Positions 11,891 through 23,177 of a stretch of DNA of 64,000 nt are shown here, piece after piece (positions within the stretch are counted from its first letter, which is position 1; each line of letters starts with the position of its first letter). The DNA lies in NCBI RefSeq assembly GCF_006345805.1, contig NC_043009.1, positions 18,662,001-18,726,000 of the forward strand, given 5' to 3'. The notes under the pieces were generated by a model, which did no database searches, had not been told where the DNA came from, and saw only the letters and a list, made by a program, of their open reading frames with translations. The position numbers and the translations under genes are program-made. This stretch comes from Octopus sinensis (taxonomy: Eukaryota).

Positions 11891-12914
11891 AAAAAAAAAA
11901 TTAAAAAAGACTACAGAAGGCCAGGTTGTTATACCAGATTGGCTTGCTATAACATGGACAAATCTAGTAGCCTAGAATGAAATCATCAAGTTACCAGAAA
12001 ACTATTGGCCCTTACTTGCATACATTACATACAAGTTGTACAAAAATTGTTTCAACCAATTATAGCTGGATCTTTGTGAGTACAACAGCATAGTGACCAA
12101 AAAGCAGGCAGGTCAAAAGAAGGATGTGCCAAACAATTTTTAATAAACAAAGCTGTACTCTCCAAAGTATGAAAACTCTGCAGAAACCTCGGTTGACTAT
12201 AGGAAAGTATCTGACTCTATTTCCTACTCATGTCTCTACACATGGCAAAAGTATCTGATATTTTAGCTGCTGCCATAGAAAGGCTCATAAAAGCCTGGTC
12301 AACAATCCACACACTCACAACTGACAGCAGAACTATCATCTCTGATGTTATAAATATGTCAAAGGGATTATTTCAAGGAAGTAGTCTTTCTGTAATCCCA
12401 TTTATTTTGGCTTTAAATTCACCATCATTTCTGCTACAAAAATCTAATGGCTACATGCTAGGGTTTGTGGATAATCTGAAGTTCTATGATAAAAAATATA
12501 CAATGCCAAAAAATAACTGGAGTTATTTGCAACATTTTCAGCTGACATGGGAATGGAATTTAGCCAAAAGAAGTGTTTGCATTAAATTGCTGAATGTGGA
12601 AAATCATTCCTCCAAATCCAAAACCTGTGCATCAACAGTTTCATTGTTGATGCGCTGGTCACATTTCGCTGTTTTAATTATGCAGATAACAGCATGCTTC
12701 TATATCCATTTTCTTAATGTTTCTTCACTAATGCAGAGAAACATACAAAAAAGCAGAAAAATGAAAGAAATGTTTATATTCTGTTGTGTCTGGGGAGAGT
12801 CATTTTCCTTTGTGGCTAATAATTTAACTCACTCACCAGTAAAGTTTCCACTTATTTCTTATTTTTATTTTCCTCAAATTTTCGTTGCATCTTGCAACCT
12901 TTTCAATAGTCTTT

Positions 12915-13360
12915 TTGTTTGCTTGCACACATGTGTGTTGGTCTGTGTGTGTGTGTGTATGTATATGTATATGTGCATGCATGTGTATGTATATGTACAA
13001 ATATATGTGTATGCATCTGTATGTACGTATCCTGCATATTCATATGCTTGCATGTCCGTGTTTGTATATTTCCTATGTATGTGTGTGTGTGTGTGAGCGT
13101 GTGTTTGTATATGTATGCACCTCTGTCTCCTTGTGTGTGTGTGTGTGTGTATTATGCAACTATGTACCATGTTTGTATGTATGGATGTGCATCTCTATAT
13201 GTGTGTACCCATGTCTCCATATGTGTCCTCGTGTGGAGTAAAGTGTGAGTGTATATATGGTCATGTGTGTCAGTCTCCATTTGTGTATGTATGCTTGTCT
13301 GTTCTTATAACCCATGTACCTATCCGTCTGTGTGTTGATCAGTTATTTTCATATCCATAG
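12915..13360. repeat. Compound (TG)/(TA)-rich microsatellite
   Basis: Degenerate tgtgta/atgtat array; the ORFs called here are low-complexity artefacts. Confidence 0.9.
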
Positions 13361-13728
13361 GCTTACATACAAAAATAAATAAATAAATAAAATAGAAATA
13401 AAAATATTCTTATTTTTTATTATTATTTTTTTTTAAACGAAACGAAAATTTTAGGAAAATAAAAATAAGTGGAAATTTTACCAGTGAGTGTGTTAAATTA
13501 TAAGGTACAAAAAGAAAATGACTCTCCCCAGACACAACAGAATATGCGAACACACAAACTCATATAAAGAATCTTGCAAACTAAATCCCAAAATGAAATA
13601 TTGTTTATATTGACAAAGGAAATTCCTGTTTTTTATGCAACTATACTGCCACCTACAGGAAATGTCAAAGTGACACAAAAAAAAAAATAACCCAAAAGTT
13701 AAAGGCTGTACAAGATGACAATACTATT

Positions 13729-13782
<54 letters not shown>

Positions 13783-13977
13783 TTGGGGGTTTGAAGATGT
13801 ATATGAATTTGAAAAACGTGTAGTTGTTTTTAAATAGAGTTATTTACATACATACCTAACTAGTTTCAACAATGTTTTTGTTTATCAATGGTACAAATGT
13901 ATATAAAACAAGGCGACTTTAACAGAGCTTAAAATTATGAATTAGAAATCAAGCAAACATGTTTAAACAATCAAATA

Positions 13978-14396
13978 GGATCTTTTCGGTTTGAATGACA
14001 GTTTTTAACATAATTTCTAGGTAACTAAAAAATTTTAAACTTTGTATACTGCTAGAATGTATTTATAAAACATTTTCTTGGCTTTATTGAGAAAATTCTA
14101 TAGTTTGTAAGATATTTGTTTTTTTTTCTTCTTCAATTTCTGCAATTTCAACCAATGAATGACCGTATATTGAGGTGAAAGCATTCTGTGCCGTATGAAT
14201 ATGTCCCTCGTTTAAGAAACAGATTGGGTTTATTTACATTTGTGAAGAAAAAAAGATACCCTTCCCCCACCCCTAACCCTAACCCTAACCCTAAAAGAGA
14301 TTGAAATGCAATAGATGGATACTAGGGTCATAATTATGAGTGACAATTTCATATGACACCGCTAGAAAAAAACTGCTGTTCAAACTGAAAAGATCC
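13978..14396. mobile_element. MITE with GGATCTTTTCRGTTTGAA TIRs and internal (CCCTAA)n
   Basis: Terminal inverted repeats at both ends; three to four CCCTAA units at 14271-14294; a second copy in inverted orientation at 21000-21418. Confidence 0.9.
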
Positions 14397-15689
14397 AAAT
14401 TATTTTGACATGAAAATGATAATGCAAAAAATGTGTTTTTTCGTGCTCAAATTGGTTGTCTCCATTGTATAGTGATAACTACTTCGACAAATATGGCAGT
14501 TGGAGATCTCCTCTTGCAATATGACAACATCCCACAATGCATTTTTCAGTACTAGTATTGATATCAACGCATGAGATACTTAGACTGTTTGTATAGACAT
14601 TAAAACCCACACAATCCTAACATCAACTGGTGACTTCTATAGAAAGAGTGATATTGACTGGCTCTACCAATGTAGAGGGTTCAGATCAGGGCAGACACCC
14701 TTTTAATGTCGTAGTGTCTCTCTCAGGCAGTACCTGCTAAACAACAGCAGCAAAAATAGATACATAGACCTAGCCCTAAAAAGTGAAGAGAACAACCTCC
14801 AGCATGTTGGAAGTGAGCTCTTCAGGAAGCACTCTCTTCCTGACCATCTCCCATACAATCCCAAAACAACTATTTGACATGGGAAACTATTTATTGAAAA
14901 TATGATGAATACCAACTCCAGCTTTGAAGCCACAACTATCAGCCCCATTAAGTAACAGGTTAATCTTTAGATGAATTAATTGAGGGAGCCTTTTGTTCCC
15001 GATCGTAGTGATCTTTGACTGAAACTTGAATTTACCATGCAGAGAATTACTACAGACAATATGGCTGGACACATCAACAACAATGCAACCGAGGAACAGA
15101 ACGAAAACAGCCCAACAGGTAAACAAATTCTTTCTAGCTGCAGTCGTAAAAGAAACCGTATTTCCAAAACTTGGATCTGTTCAGTTTCGATCACAGATTT
15201 TTAAAATTAATTTTTTAACTAAACAGTTTGAAACTTCGTATACTGGTGTAATTTCTCACACTGAACATGGTTTACTTTCAGCATTTTTAACAAAATTTCG
15301 TATTTTAGAAGTTATTTTGTGTTAAAGTTGTCGTATTTGGATAATTTTAACCAATCAACAAGAAAGTTACTGTTGTTTGTGATAGTAATCGAAGTGGAAC
15401 AACTTCCAGGTCATCTCTACTAAATGTCACCACTCTGTTCTACCATCTGTGTTGCATATTGCACGCTTTGTTTGTTTGTTTCTATTCTTTTTTTTTTGGT
15501 TCTTGCATTGGAGTAACCAGTAAACACCAAGAAGGAAGAAATATTATTTACATAATGTGGTGTTATGAGCCAGGCTGTGTTGTAGGGAAGGATCGGAAGT
15601 GAGGGAATAGGCATGTCCAGTCGGGAGTGGGGCCTGTGGATCCCACCGGAAGTGCCACAGTGGACACATGGCATTTAGAAAAGCATGAG

Positions 15690-16903
15690 GGTCAGTCAGC
15701 AGCGAACAGCACATCAGAGCAGACGTGTGAGACGGTAGAACAATGGATAGCGCACGTGGACGTGGAATGAACCTTGGAGATCATGATAGCACGTGGATGT
15801 TGAAAGAAAGAGTAGTTGGGAGCTGCGACAGGTGCCTGTCCATTGACCCCAATCTGGGTGTGCATGAGGCAGGAAGCATTCCAATGGAACACAACTGGAA
15901 ACGATTGGCAGTGGACGTGACGCACTACCAGCAGGGGACATACCTCTCGATGGTCGACTGCAGACTGAGGCAGTCGGCCATATGGAGGGAGATGAAGACG
16001 GGGACCAGGGAGGAAATCACAAGAATACTGAATGAGGTATTCCAAGAATGAGGCCCTGTGGATGAGCTGCTTGTGATCAATGGCACTGCATTTCGCTCGG
16101 AGGTGCTGTGGGAAATGCTCGACAAGTGGCATATCAGCTGTTTCTTCAGGGTGGCATGCTGGCCAAGTGGCAATGGGGTTGTGGAGAGGCATCAAGACCA
16201 TAGCAGAGAGGGGCCACATCTCACTGGTCGAGGATGTTTTTGGTATAATATATCACCCAGGATGGGACAGGAGAGTGGTGAGAGCTGCGAAGAAATATGT
16301 GCTGCACACACCATCACAGACAAAGATTTTCAAGCTGTGTTCGATGGTCAGCAGTGGACAGTGGAATTCCACTGGAAGGGAGATCCTCCAACATTGAAGA
16401 ATGCAGTAGGCTGCTATCAGCATACCCTGAAAGGGGATGCCAGAAGCAAGTTCGAGGTAGAGGTGGACCGGTGAATCAAGGAAGATGTTTTGATTCCTTA
16501 GAAGGAGGAAGTGAAGACCAGAGTGCTACAGCTGATGGCAGTAATGCAGTTAACAAAACATAAAGTCAGGCCAGTATTGGATTTCCGGGAGCTGAACGAC
16601 CATGTATTGTGCCATACGGGCGGTGAAGCTATGGACATTTGTAGCAAAACCTTGAGAGAGTGGAGGCAGATGGCGGGGGCCTCCACAATCGTTGACTTGA
16701 AGTCGGCATACCTGCAGCTACATGTGGCTGTGAGACTGTAGAAATATCAGTTGGTAAGGTATAAGGGCCTGACCAGGTTGGGATTTGGGCTGAATTCAGC
16801 ACCGACGATTATGGTGACAATTCTCAAGACCATCCTATATCGATAACATCCTGATGGATGAGAGCATAGTGTCAGCAAAGGAGGTCATAAGCCACCTGAA
16901 GAG
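15690..16903 (+). mobile_element. Second Gypsy-like remnant, same family as 110-3380, with integrase upstream of the RT N-terminus
   Basis: Integrase HNWKRLAVDVTHY..NGTAFRS..PSGNGVVERH (15743-16260), followed by KVRPVLDFRELN, DLKSAYLQ, LTRLGFGLNSAP, DNILMDESIVSAKEVISHLK (16270-16903). Confidence 0.88.
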
Positions 16904-17224
16904 ATGCACTATCTTCTCAGTGAACTGGTCCATTTGTTTTTATTTTGTTTTTATTTTGTTCTTTTCATAAATATACTTTACCAATGCTTCTTTTGGAGAA
17001 ATCAGTATCAGCTCTTATTCCATGCCTCTCCTCAACTTTGTGACCATGAAATTAACAACATAATCAGAGTAGCTAATGTGGTTGAGGAGAGGCACGGAAT
17101 AAGAGCTGATACTGATTTCTCCAAAAGATGCATTGGTAAAGTATATTTATGAAAAGAACAAAATAAAAACAAAATAAAAACAAAGTAAAAACAAATGGAC
17201 CAGTTCACTAAGAAGATAGTGCAT
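16904..17224. repeat. Fold-back hairpin: 133/144-bp arms, 44-nt loop
   Basis: 16904-17036 is the reverse complement of 17081-17224, apart from a few substitutions and one extra AAAACAAAGTA-type unit. Confidence 0.92.
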
Positions 17225-18694
17225 GAGTACTTTGCACGAAAGGCACAAACCATAAAAGGAATTGATCATATCAAAAGCTTAGCATGGATTACTGACAAGT
17301 GAATGCCATACCACTTTGAAGACTACCTCCATGCAATTTAAGTGCCTGCAGCATAAAAGGTAGAAAACATTGACAGACAATAAACGTATATAGTGCAAGA
17401 CCAAGACTGAAGACATCAACCATATCGTTGCCAACAATGAGAGATGCTTGGCCAGAACAGTCTGGTACAGGATAACAAAAAGAAAAAATCAACAGAAAAA
17501 GTTGACTATATTGAGGCTGATGAATACATTGGTGGAACTTAAAATTTAAAATAGCCACAATAATATCTGGCACAACTGGCCAAATATAGTTGTGTGGAAC
17601 CACAAAGAAAAGATATGCTCCATTGTGGAAATCAGTTACCTCTGGACACCAGTGTGGTTAGAAAAAGAAGTAGACATCTATGGACCATTGATAAGGAGTT
17701 TGCAAATTTTGTACCCAAGATGCACTTTCAATTTCATACCTATTGGTAATTGGAGCAACAGGATATGTAACAGTCCGTGTGGAGCAAAGCATGGCTGAAC
17801 TTGGGTTCTTGAGGAGAGAACACACTACTCTTAAATTCATATACTATAAATGATCACAGTATATCTGGGACTATAAATATCAGCAAAGTCTTCTTAAGAT
17901 TTAGAGAATAATAAACAAAACAAGAGGCGTTTTTCTTTCACAACCTTGGTAGCAAGCAGGTAGCCACTCAAGATTAACTCTAAATTAAAAAGACAACAAA
18001 AACATACATACATAAACACACACACACCATCAGGCACACTAGCTCAGTTACCTTTCTTGTAGCTTTCATACATATGAAACCTATTTCTTTTCCCTACATT
18101 TCCTGTGTATAGCCTCAAGACATTTCAATGTGACTTGATACAGATGAAAACCCATTTTCTTTTGACTCATTTTCCCTTCAATTTTCGTTTTTTGACTAAC
18201 TTTCAGCTTAAGCCTGACCCATCTGGAGCACTTCTACTTTCTTCCCCTCATTCAACTATTCATTCCACTTTGTTTTCATTTTATTTTCCACACTGTTACT
18301 GCAATCTTTGTGCATGAGTGTGTGCAAGCATGTGTGTGTGTGTGTGTGCCAGCATACATTCACACATGTGCATGCACTTACGTGTATGGAATGCCAGCAG
18401 GCATCAGACTCAAGTACGCAAGTTTATGATAGGGAAAATTAGGTTTTTTGAAGTTCTTTTCTGTTTTTCCTTTTTGCATATTTTTCTTCACAAGAGAAAT
18501 TAAATAATATAGCATTAATTTTCCTTGTTACTGTGCTGCATCCAATGCGCTTTTTGCTGCTATCTGTAAATAGTATTTGAAGTACATTTCTTTCTAAGAA
18601 ATGAATTCACAACACCATCACTGGACCTAAAACATGGGAAAGTACTCCAGAGGAAATTAATGATTTCTAAAAGTAACAATAAACAGCTACTTAC

Positions 18695-18865
18695 CAAGGC
18701 AAAGTGGTGGGGAAACAGTCCAAATTCCAGCTTCAGTATCACAAGCTCCGAAAGAGTCGCCAACTAAGTTAAATCCTTTGTTACATTCAAATTCCACTAA
18801 TAGACCATCACCCCATATATTATAATGTCCATTTATTGGCTCCCATGGTGGAAAGCAATATCGAT
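18695..18865 (-). CDS. Host-gene exon encoding one Sushi/CCP (SCR) domain
   Basis: 171 bp, phase 1-1. Acceptor cttattgcag|AT and donor CTTG|gtaagt. Translation (D)RYCFPPWEPINGHYNIWGDGLLVEFECNKGFNLVGDSFGACDTEAGIWTVSPPLCL has the four Cys and the Trp of a CCP module. Confidence 0.9.
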
Positions 18866-19079
18866 CTGCAATAAGATGAAGTGAAGGCATGAAAATAGAA
18901 CAATATACATTTTATGCACAACAAAGCATTAATCAAGCAAAGTGAAATATATTACAAGACCTTAGATGTGAAATGAATTATAAGACTGTAAACCTTCTTT
19001 GTTTTTGATGTACTGAAAAAGAGAGCAGGGATTCCTGATAGGCTGTTTTGTAGTTTGTTAGCTGCTCCTCAGAGAAGAT

Positions 19080-20340
19080 TTACCTTATTTCTTTCCCACT
19101 CAAAGCATAGAATTTTAATCTAAAGCAGTTTGGTGGGTCTATCTTACAAACTTTACTCTCATGAGTCAGACTTGTTCAGCAACCTCTTGACAGATATTTA
19201 CAGCATGGTGTGCCACTGAGAAAAGGCCCAAATAAGGGGGACCACATAGATAATTTTCAGCCCATAGCTCTGCTAAACGCAGACTCCAAGATTGTGACCA
19301 AGGTATTCATGAAGATGTTGCTGTTTGTCATTGGTTATCTGATTTTGATGCATAGACATGTGTTATCCTGAACATCTCTGTCCACAACAACCTCCATTTC
19401 ACACAATACATTATAGAGGTGGGTAAAGAACTGACATGAGTAGGGCTCCAACCAACTTAGATTGGTAAAGTCAACCACCAATTCTTGACAGCTGTTCTCA
19501 CAACAGCCATTTTCAGTCCTGCTTTCAGGTGCTAGATCACCACAAAGTACATAATATCTACTCGGTGGTCAAAGTAAATAGTCACATATTGGAACTTTTA
19601 GACTCCTGTTCTCAGTCTGTCATGGTTGTCACATACCAGACCTTTTGTATGTACTGACTCTTGAGCCACTATTGAGGAAATTGAAGAATTTGAGAAGTAT
19701 TCCATGTAAACTAGGATGCAAAAGATATTTGTCTGTGTATGTAAATGTCACTTCATAATCTTGGACACTAAGTATATTGAAGTCATCAGGACAGCTCTAA
19801 GGGACTACAGGTTGATGACAGGAACCAAAATTAACCAAGAAAAGTTGATGTGTGTGCAGCTTGACATCTGGAGAGGCAGGTCCATGTCATCTAAAAGTGT
19901 CATGGAGTACTGGGTGGACAGTTTGGTTAAATTGTTCAGGATTTGGTTCAGTCCAGATATTCAAGTGGAAAAGAACTGAGGGGAAGTGACAAAGAGGGTG
20001 GCCAGTCTAATCCCGAAATGGACCAAGTGGAAGCTATCCCTAAAGAGTTAGGTAGAGGTGGCAAATGCCCACATTGCCTCTGATATCTAGTGCCATTGGA
20101 CTGTTGGCATATTTTACATCAGATCAGACTGGACCATCTGCTCTTTAGCTTTTTGTGGAATGGACACTTTCCACAAATCAAGTACTCCTCCTACAGTCAA
20201 CAACTTTTATACAATGGCCTGGGCATGCCATGGCTTAGGATGTTCAGACATGTGCTAAAGTTATAGTATTTCCAGTAATGGTAAATAGGTGTGGTCACCC
20301 TTTGTCAGACTCCTTCTCCCCAACTTATCTCCTTGAAATA
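19080..20340 (+). mobile_element. Degenerate L1/Tx1-like LINE RT fragment
   Basis: DNFQPIALLNADSKIVTKV, HNNLHFTQYII, LYVLTLEPLLRKL, YRLMTGTKINQEK..WFSPDIQVEKN; same family as 57857-59290. Confidence 0.8.
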
Positions 20341-20686
20341 GCTGCTGTCCTGGGTTAAACAAAGACTTAGCAAGGCTATGAGTGCTGATTGTGTAGAGTG
20401 ATTCAATGCCTATGGTAAAAAGTAACTTTTACTCCCAAAGCAAATAAGAGAACAAATTAAAGAGGCTGGTGCCTTTAATGGATGTGGGATATGGTTTGTC
20501 ATCCATGTAATCATTCTAGTTGCACAGGAAGTGTCATACTCAATGACTGGCATAACAACATCACAGTCAATTGTTACAAGTGTAAAGGAGATGCTTTAGA
20601 TAGAAGTAATTACTAAGGTATAGAATGGGCAGGTAGTTGAAGTTATGAAAAGAAGCAGCATAGCTCAATTACTTAGGGTTAGACTA

Positions 20687-20723
<37 letters not shown>

Positions 20724-20871
20724 GGGTATGGTACATGAGTTCAGCAAAAATTTAGATTCAGATGAATATGGTACTTAAGTTGAGGCACCAGAATTTAGTA
20801 CAGTATTATCCATACAATTTCAAAGTAAGGTGATTAAAATCAAAATAAGCAACAAGGATATCCTGAGGTAA

Positions 20872-20958
20872 TGCAGTACGATCGTTTCATGCAAATCCGT
20901 TTAATTGAACAATGCAATTAGTACATCAATTTAAAATGCAGAGCAAACTTCAGCTGCA
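20872..20958 (-). ncRNA. Type I hammerhead ribozyme motif in the 3' pLTR (A9 mutated)
   Basis: Minus strand reads UGCAG CUGAAGU UUGC..GCAU GAAAC GAUC GUA CUGCA: stem I UGCAG/CUGCA, palindromic ACGAUCGU stem III, GUA cleavage triplet. Confidence 0.75.
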
Positions 20959-20999
20959 CAAAGAGATAGAATTCAATTAAATTAGAACACATGGACACA

Positions 21000-21418
21000 G
21001 GGATCTTTTCGGTTTGAACGGCAGTTTTTTCTAGCATGGTCATATGGAATTTTCACCCATAATTATGACCCTAGGATTGATCTATTGCATTTCAATCTCT
21101 TTTAGGGTTAGGGTTAGGAGTGGGGGAAGGGTATCTTTTTTTCTTCACAAATGTAAATAAACCCAATCTGTTTCTTAAACAAGGGACATATTCATACATC
21201 ACAGAATGCTTTTTAACTCAATAGACATCACTGATTGGTTGAAATTGCAGAATTTGAAGAAAAAAAACAACAAATATCTTACAAACTATAGAATTTTCTC
21301 AATAAAGCCAAGAGAAAATGATGTTTTATAAACATATTCTACCAGTATATGAAGTTTAAAATTTTTTAGTTACCTAGAAATTATGTTAAAAACTGCTGTT
21401 CAAAACCGAAAAGATCCC
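21000..21418. mobile_element. MITE (second copy) with a demonstrable 3-bp TSD, ACA
   Basis: GGGATCTTTTCGGTTTGAA..TTCAAAACCGAAAAGATCCC flanked by aca/aca; the empty site ggacacattag is present in the opposite pLTR arm (~27431-27442). Confidence 0.92.
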
Positions 21419-21789
21419 ACATTAGTATAATTATACCTAAAATCTCTAAGAAGTTAAGGAGATAGACAAAGAACATGCTGTCTCACTTCAGGATAGAAGT
21501 TACTAAGTTTTCAAAAAGATATACATTGTTACAGACTCTGTCTATCACTGATTTTTTTGTTTCTATGAGGTCAGTTTTAATTTATAGACTAGTTTATCAA
21601 ATCCCTTGTATATCTAAGGCTGAGAGAAAAGAGGGCAGTATCTGTTAGGGGTAGGACTGAAGGAGCAGACAGACATCATAGTTGGTATCATCATAAAAAT
21701 CAAGATTTATTAGAAGCAATATCATGAGGTTTAGTAAAGGAAAACTTAAAACAAGATGTTAGCTGACAATTAAGGAGGTTTCCCACTAG

Positions 21790-23145
21790 CAGACCATTGA
21801 TAATGAAACAGGAGAAGTCTTATCATGTACTACTATAGTTAAATATTTAAAACAATGTTGCTATATTGTATACAGTTAAAGTTTAGGGTTATTCAGAAGA
21901 TTATTAAGAAGAATATTATAATAAAAGGATAGAAATTTATAAATACTTTTGAGTATATACCAAACTTTTACCACAATAGAGGGAGGAAAAGAAATTATCC
22001 AGAAATAGTTTAATATTTATACATATAGTACACACCTAATTACTAACTCATCAGATGGTATTTGTGAATATTGATTAATTGGTATATACTGTTATTAATA
22101 AAAGAGTATTGAGGTAAAGGAACATGCTAATTATATATTAATAAAATTATAATCAAAGCAGTTTTTATAAGTAGTGAATATATTTGTATAGTTTTATATA
22201 AGCTAAGTATGAATTTATAGAGATACAAAAATTAGTTTAATTTTATAAATAATCAAAGCTAATTATAAAATAATAAAGAAATAAAATAGAATAATCAAGT
22301 AGGTCAGAACACCATAGAAAAGGAATAAAATAGCTTAATCACTAATACTATGGTAAAGTATATGTAGCTTATTAACACCAATAGAGAAGATTTATAGAAA
22401 AAGTATAATGATTCAAAATATATAAGACTAAAAATTATATATTTACTTATTTAGCTAACATCAATAAAATACAGATATCTGGTATTGCCTAAAGGAATAT
22501 TTAAGTTATGGAACATTCATATTTTACACTAATCTTTTTTTAAAGACAAAGGGGTTTAAGAAGTTTTTATTGTTACTCCTTACATGATATTTATAGTTTC
22601 TTAGTGGTACTTGTTTAGAAGGGTTATTTATATAAAGGCCCTTATAAATACTAAGATCAGGAGGGTAGAGCCATTTAAGAAAGAGATAAATCAAGTAATT
22701 TCTAAAGACCATTTCAAACAATATTGTCTTATTGTATAAACTTAAAATTTAGGGTAATCAACAAGATTATTAAGAATGAAATTTTAACAAAAGGATAAAA
22801 CTTCTTTGAATATTTTGAGCAGATACCAAATTTTTACCACAATAGAGGGAGGAAAAGAAAATTGCAAAGAAATAGTTTAATATTTATTTACTTATTACTT
22901 ATCTAAATATTAACTTATATGGTTTCTATGGAGATTGATCAATTGGATTTAACTGGTATTTAATAAGGGAGCAACTAAGGTTAAAGAACATGTTAACTAT
23001 ATACTGATTTAATTAAATTGAACTATTTTAAGTTGTTGAGATATCGGTATTACCTTATATAAGCTGAGTATGAATTAATAGGGGTACAAAGATTAGATTT
23101 ATTTAAGGCTACTATAAAATAATAATGATAATAATAATGATGATG

Positions 23146-23177
<32 letters not shown>

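Larger units (their letters stand above)
11930..17890 (+). mobile_element. Fragmented R4/Dong-like (restriction-like endonuclease) LINE hosting nested insertions
   Basis: Colinear + strand pieces: RT 11930-12560 (NYWPL.., DYRK..DSI, KGLFQGSSLSVIPFILALNS..FVDNLKFY); post-RT 14480-14960 (TILTSTGDFYRKSDIDWLY..SLRQYLL); C-terminus 17081-17890 (EDINHIVA; RLE-like NIVVWNHKEKICSIVEISY..IPIVIGATG). Confidence 0.75.

Noticed and set aside
12874-13360. Long V/C/Y- or H/T-rich ORFs (also 5397-5771, 29136-30210, 32700-32994, 33530-33868, 45725-46153, 48794-49175)
   Set aside because: Translations of (TG)n, (TA)n, (CT)n and (AAT)n microsatellites; no coding evidence.
14271-14294. (CCCTAA)n as a true or healed telomere
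   Set aside because: Only three to four units, internal to a TIR-bounded MITE present twice.
16904-17224. Fold-backs as long-read chimera artefacts
   Set aside because: The arms here and at 969-1797, 40221-40384 and 20838-27597 carry substitutions, indels or a one-sided insertion, which indicates real and old events.
22048-22055. CTGATGAG on the minus strand as a hammerhead core
   Set aside because: No stem II or GAAA follows, and the motif is absent from the sister repeat unit.
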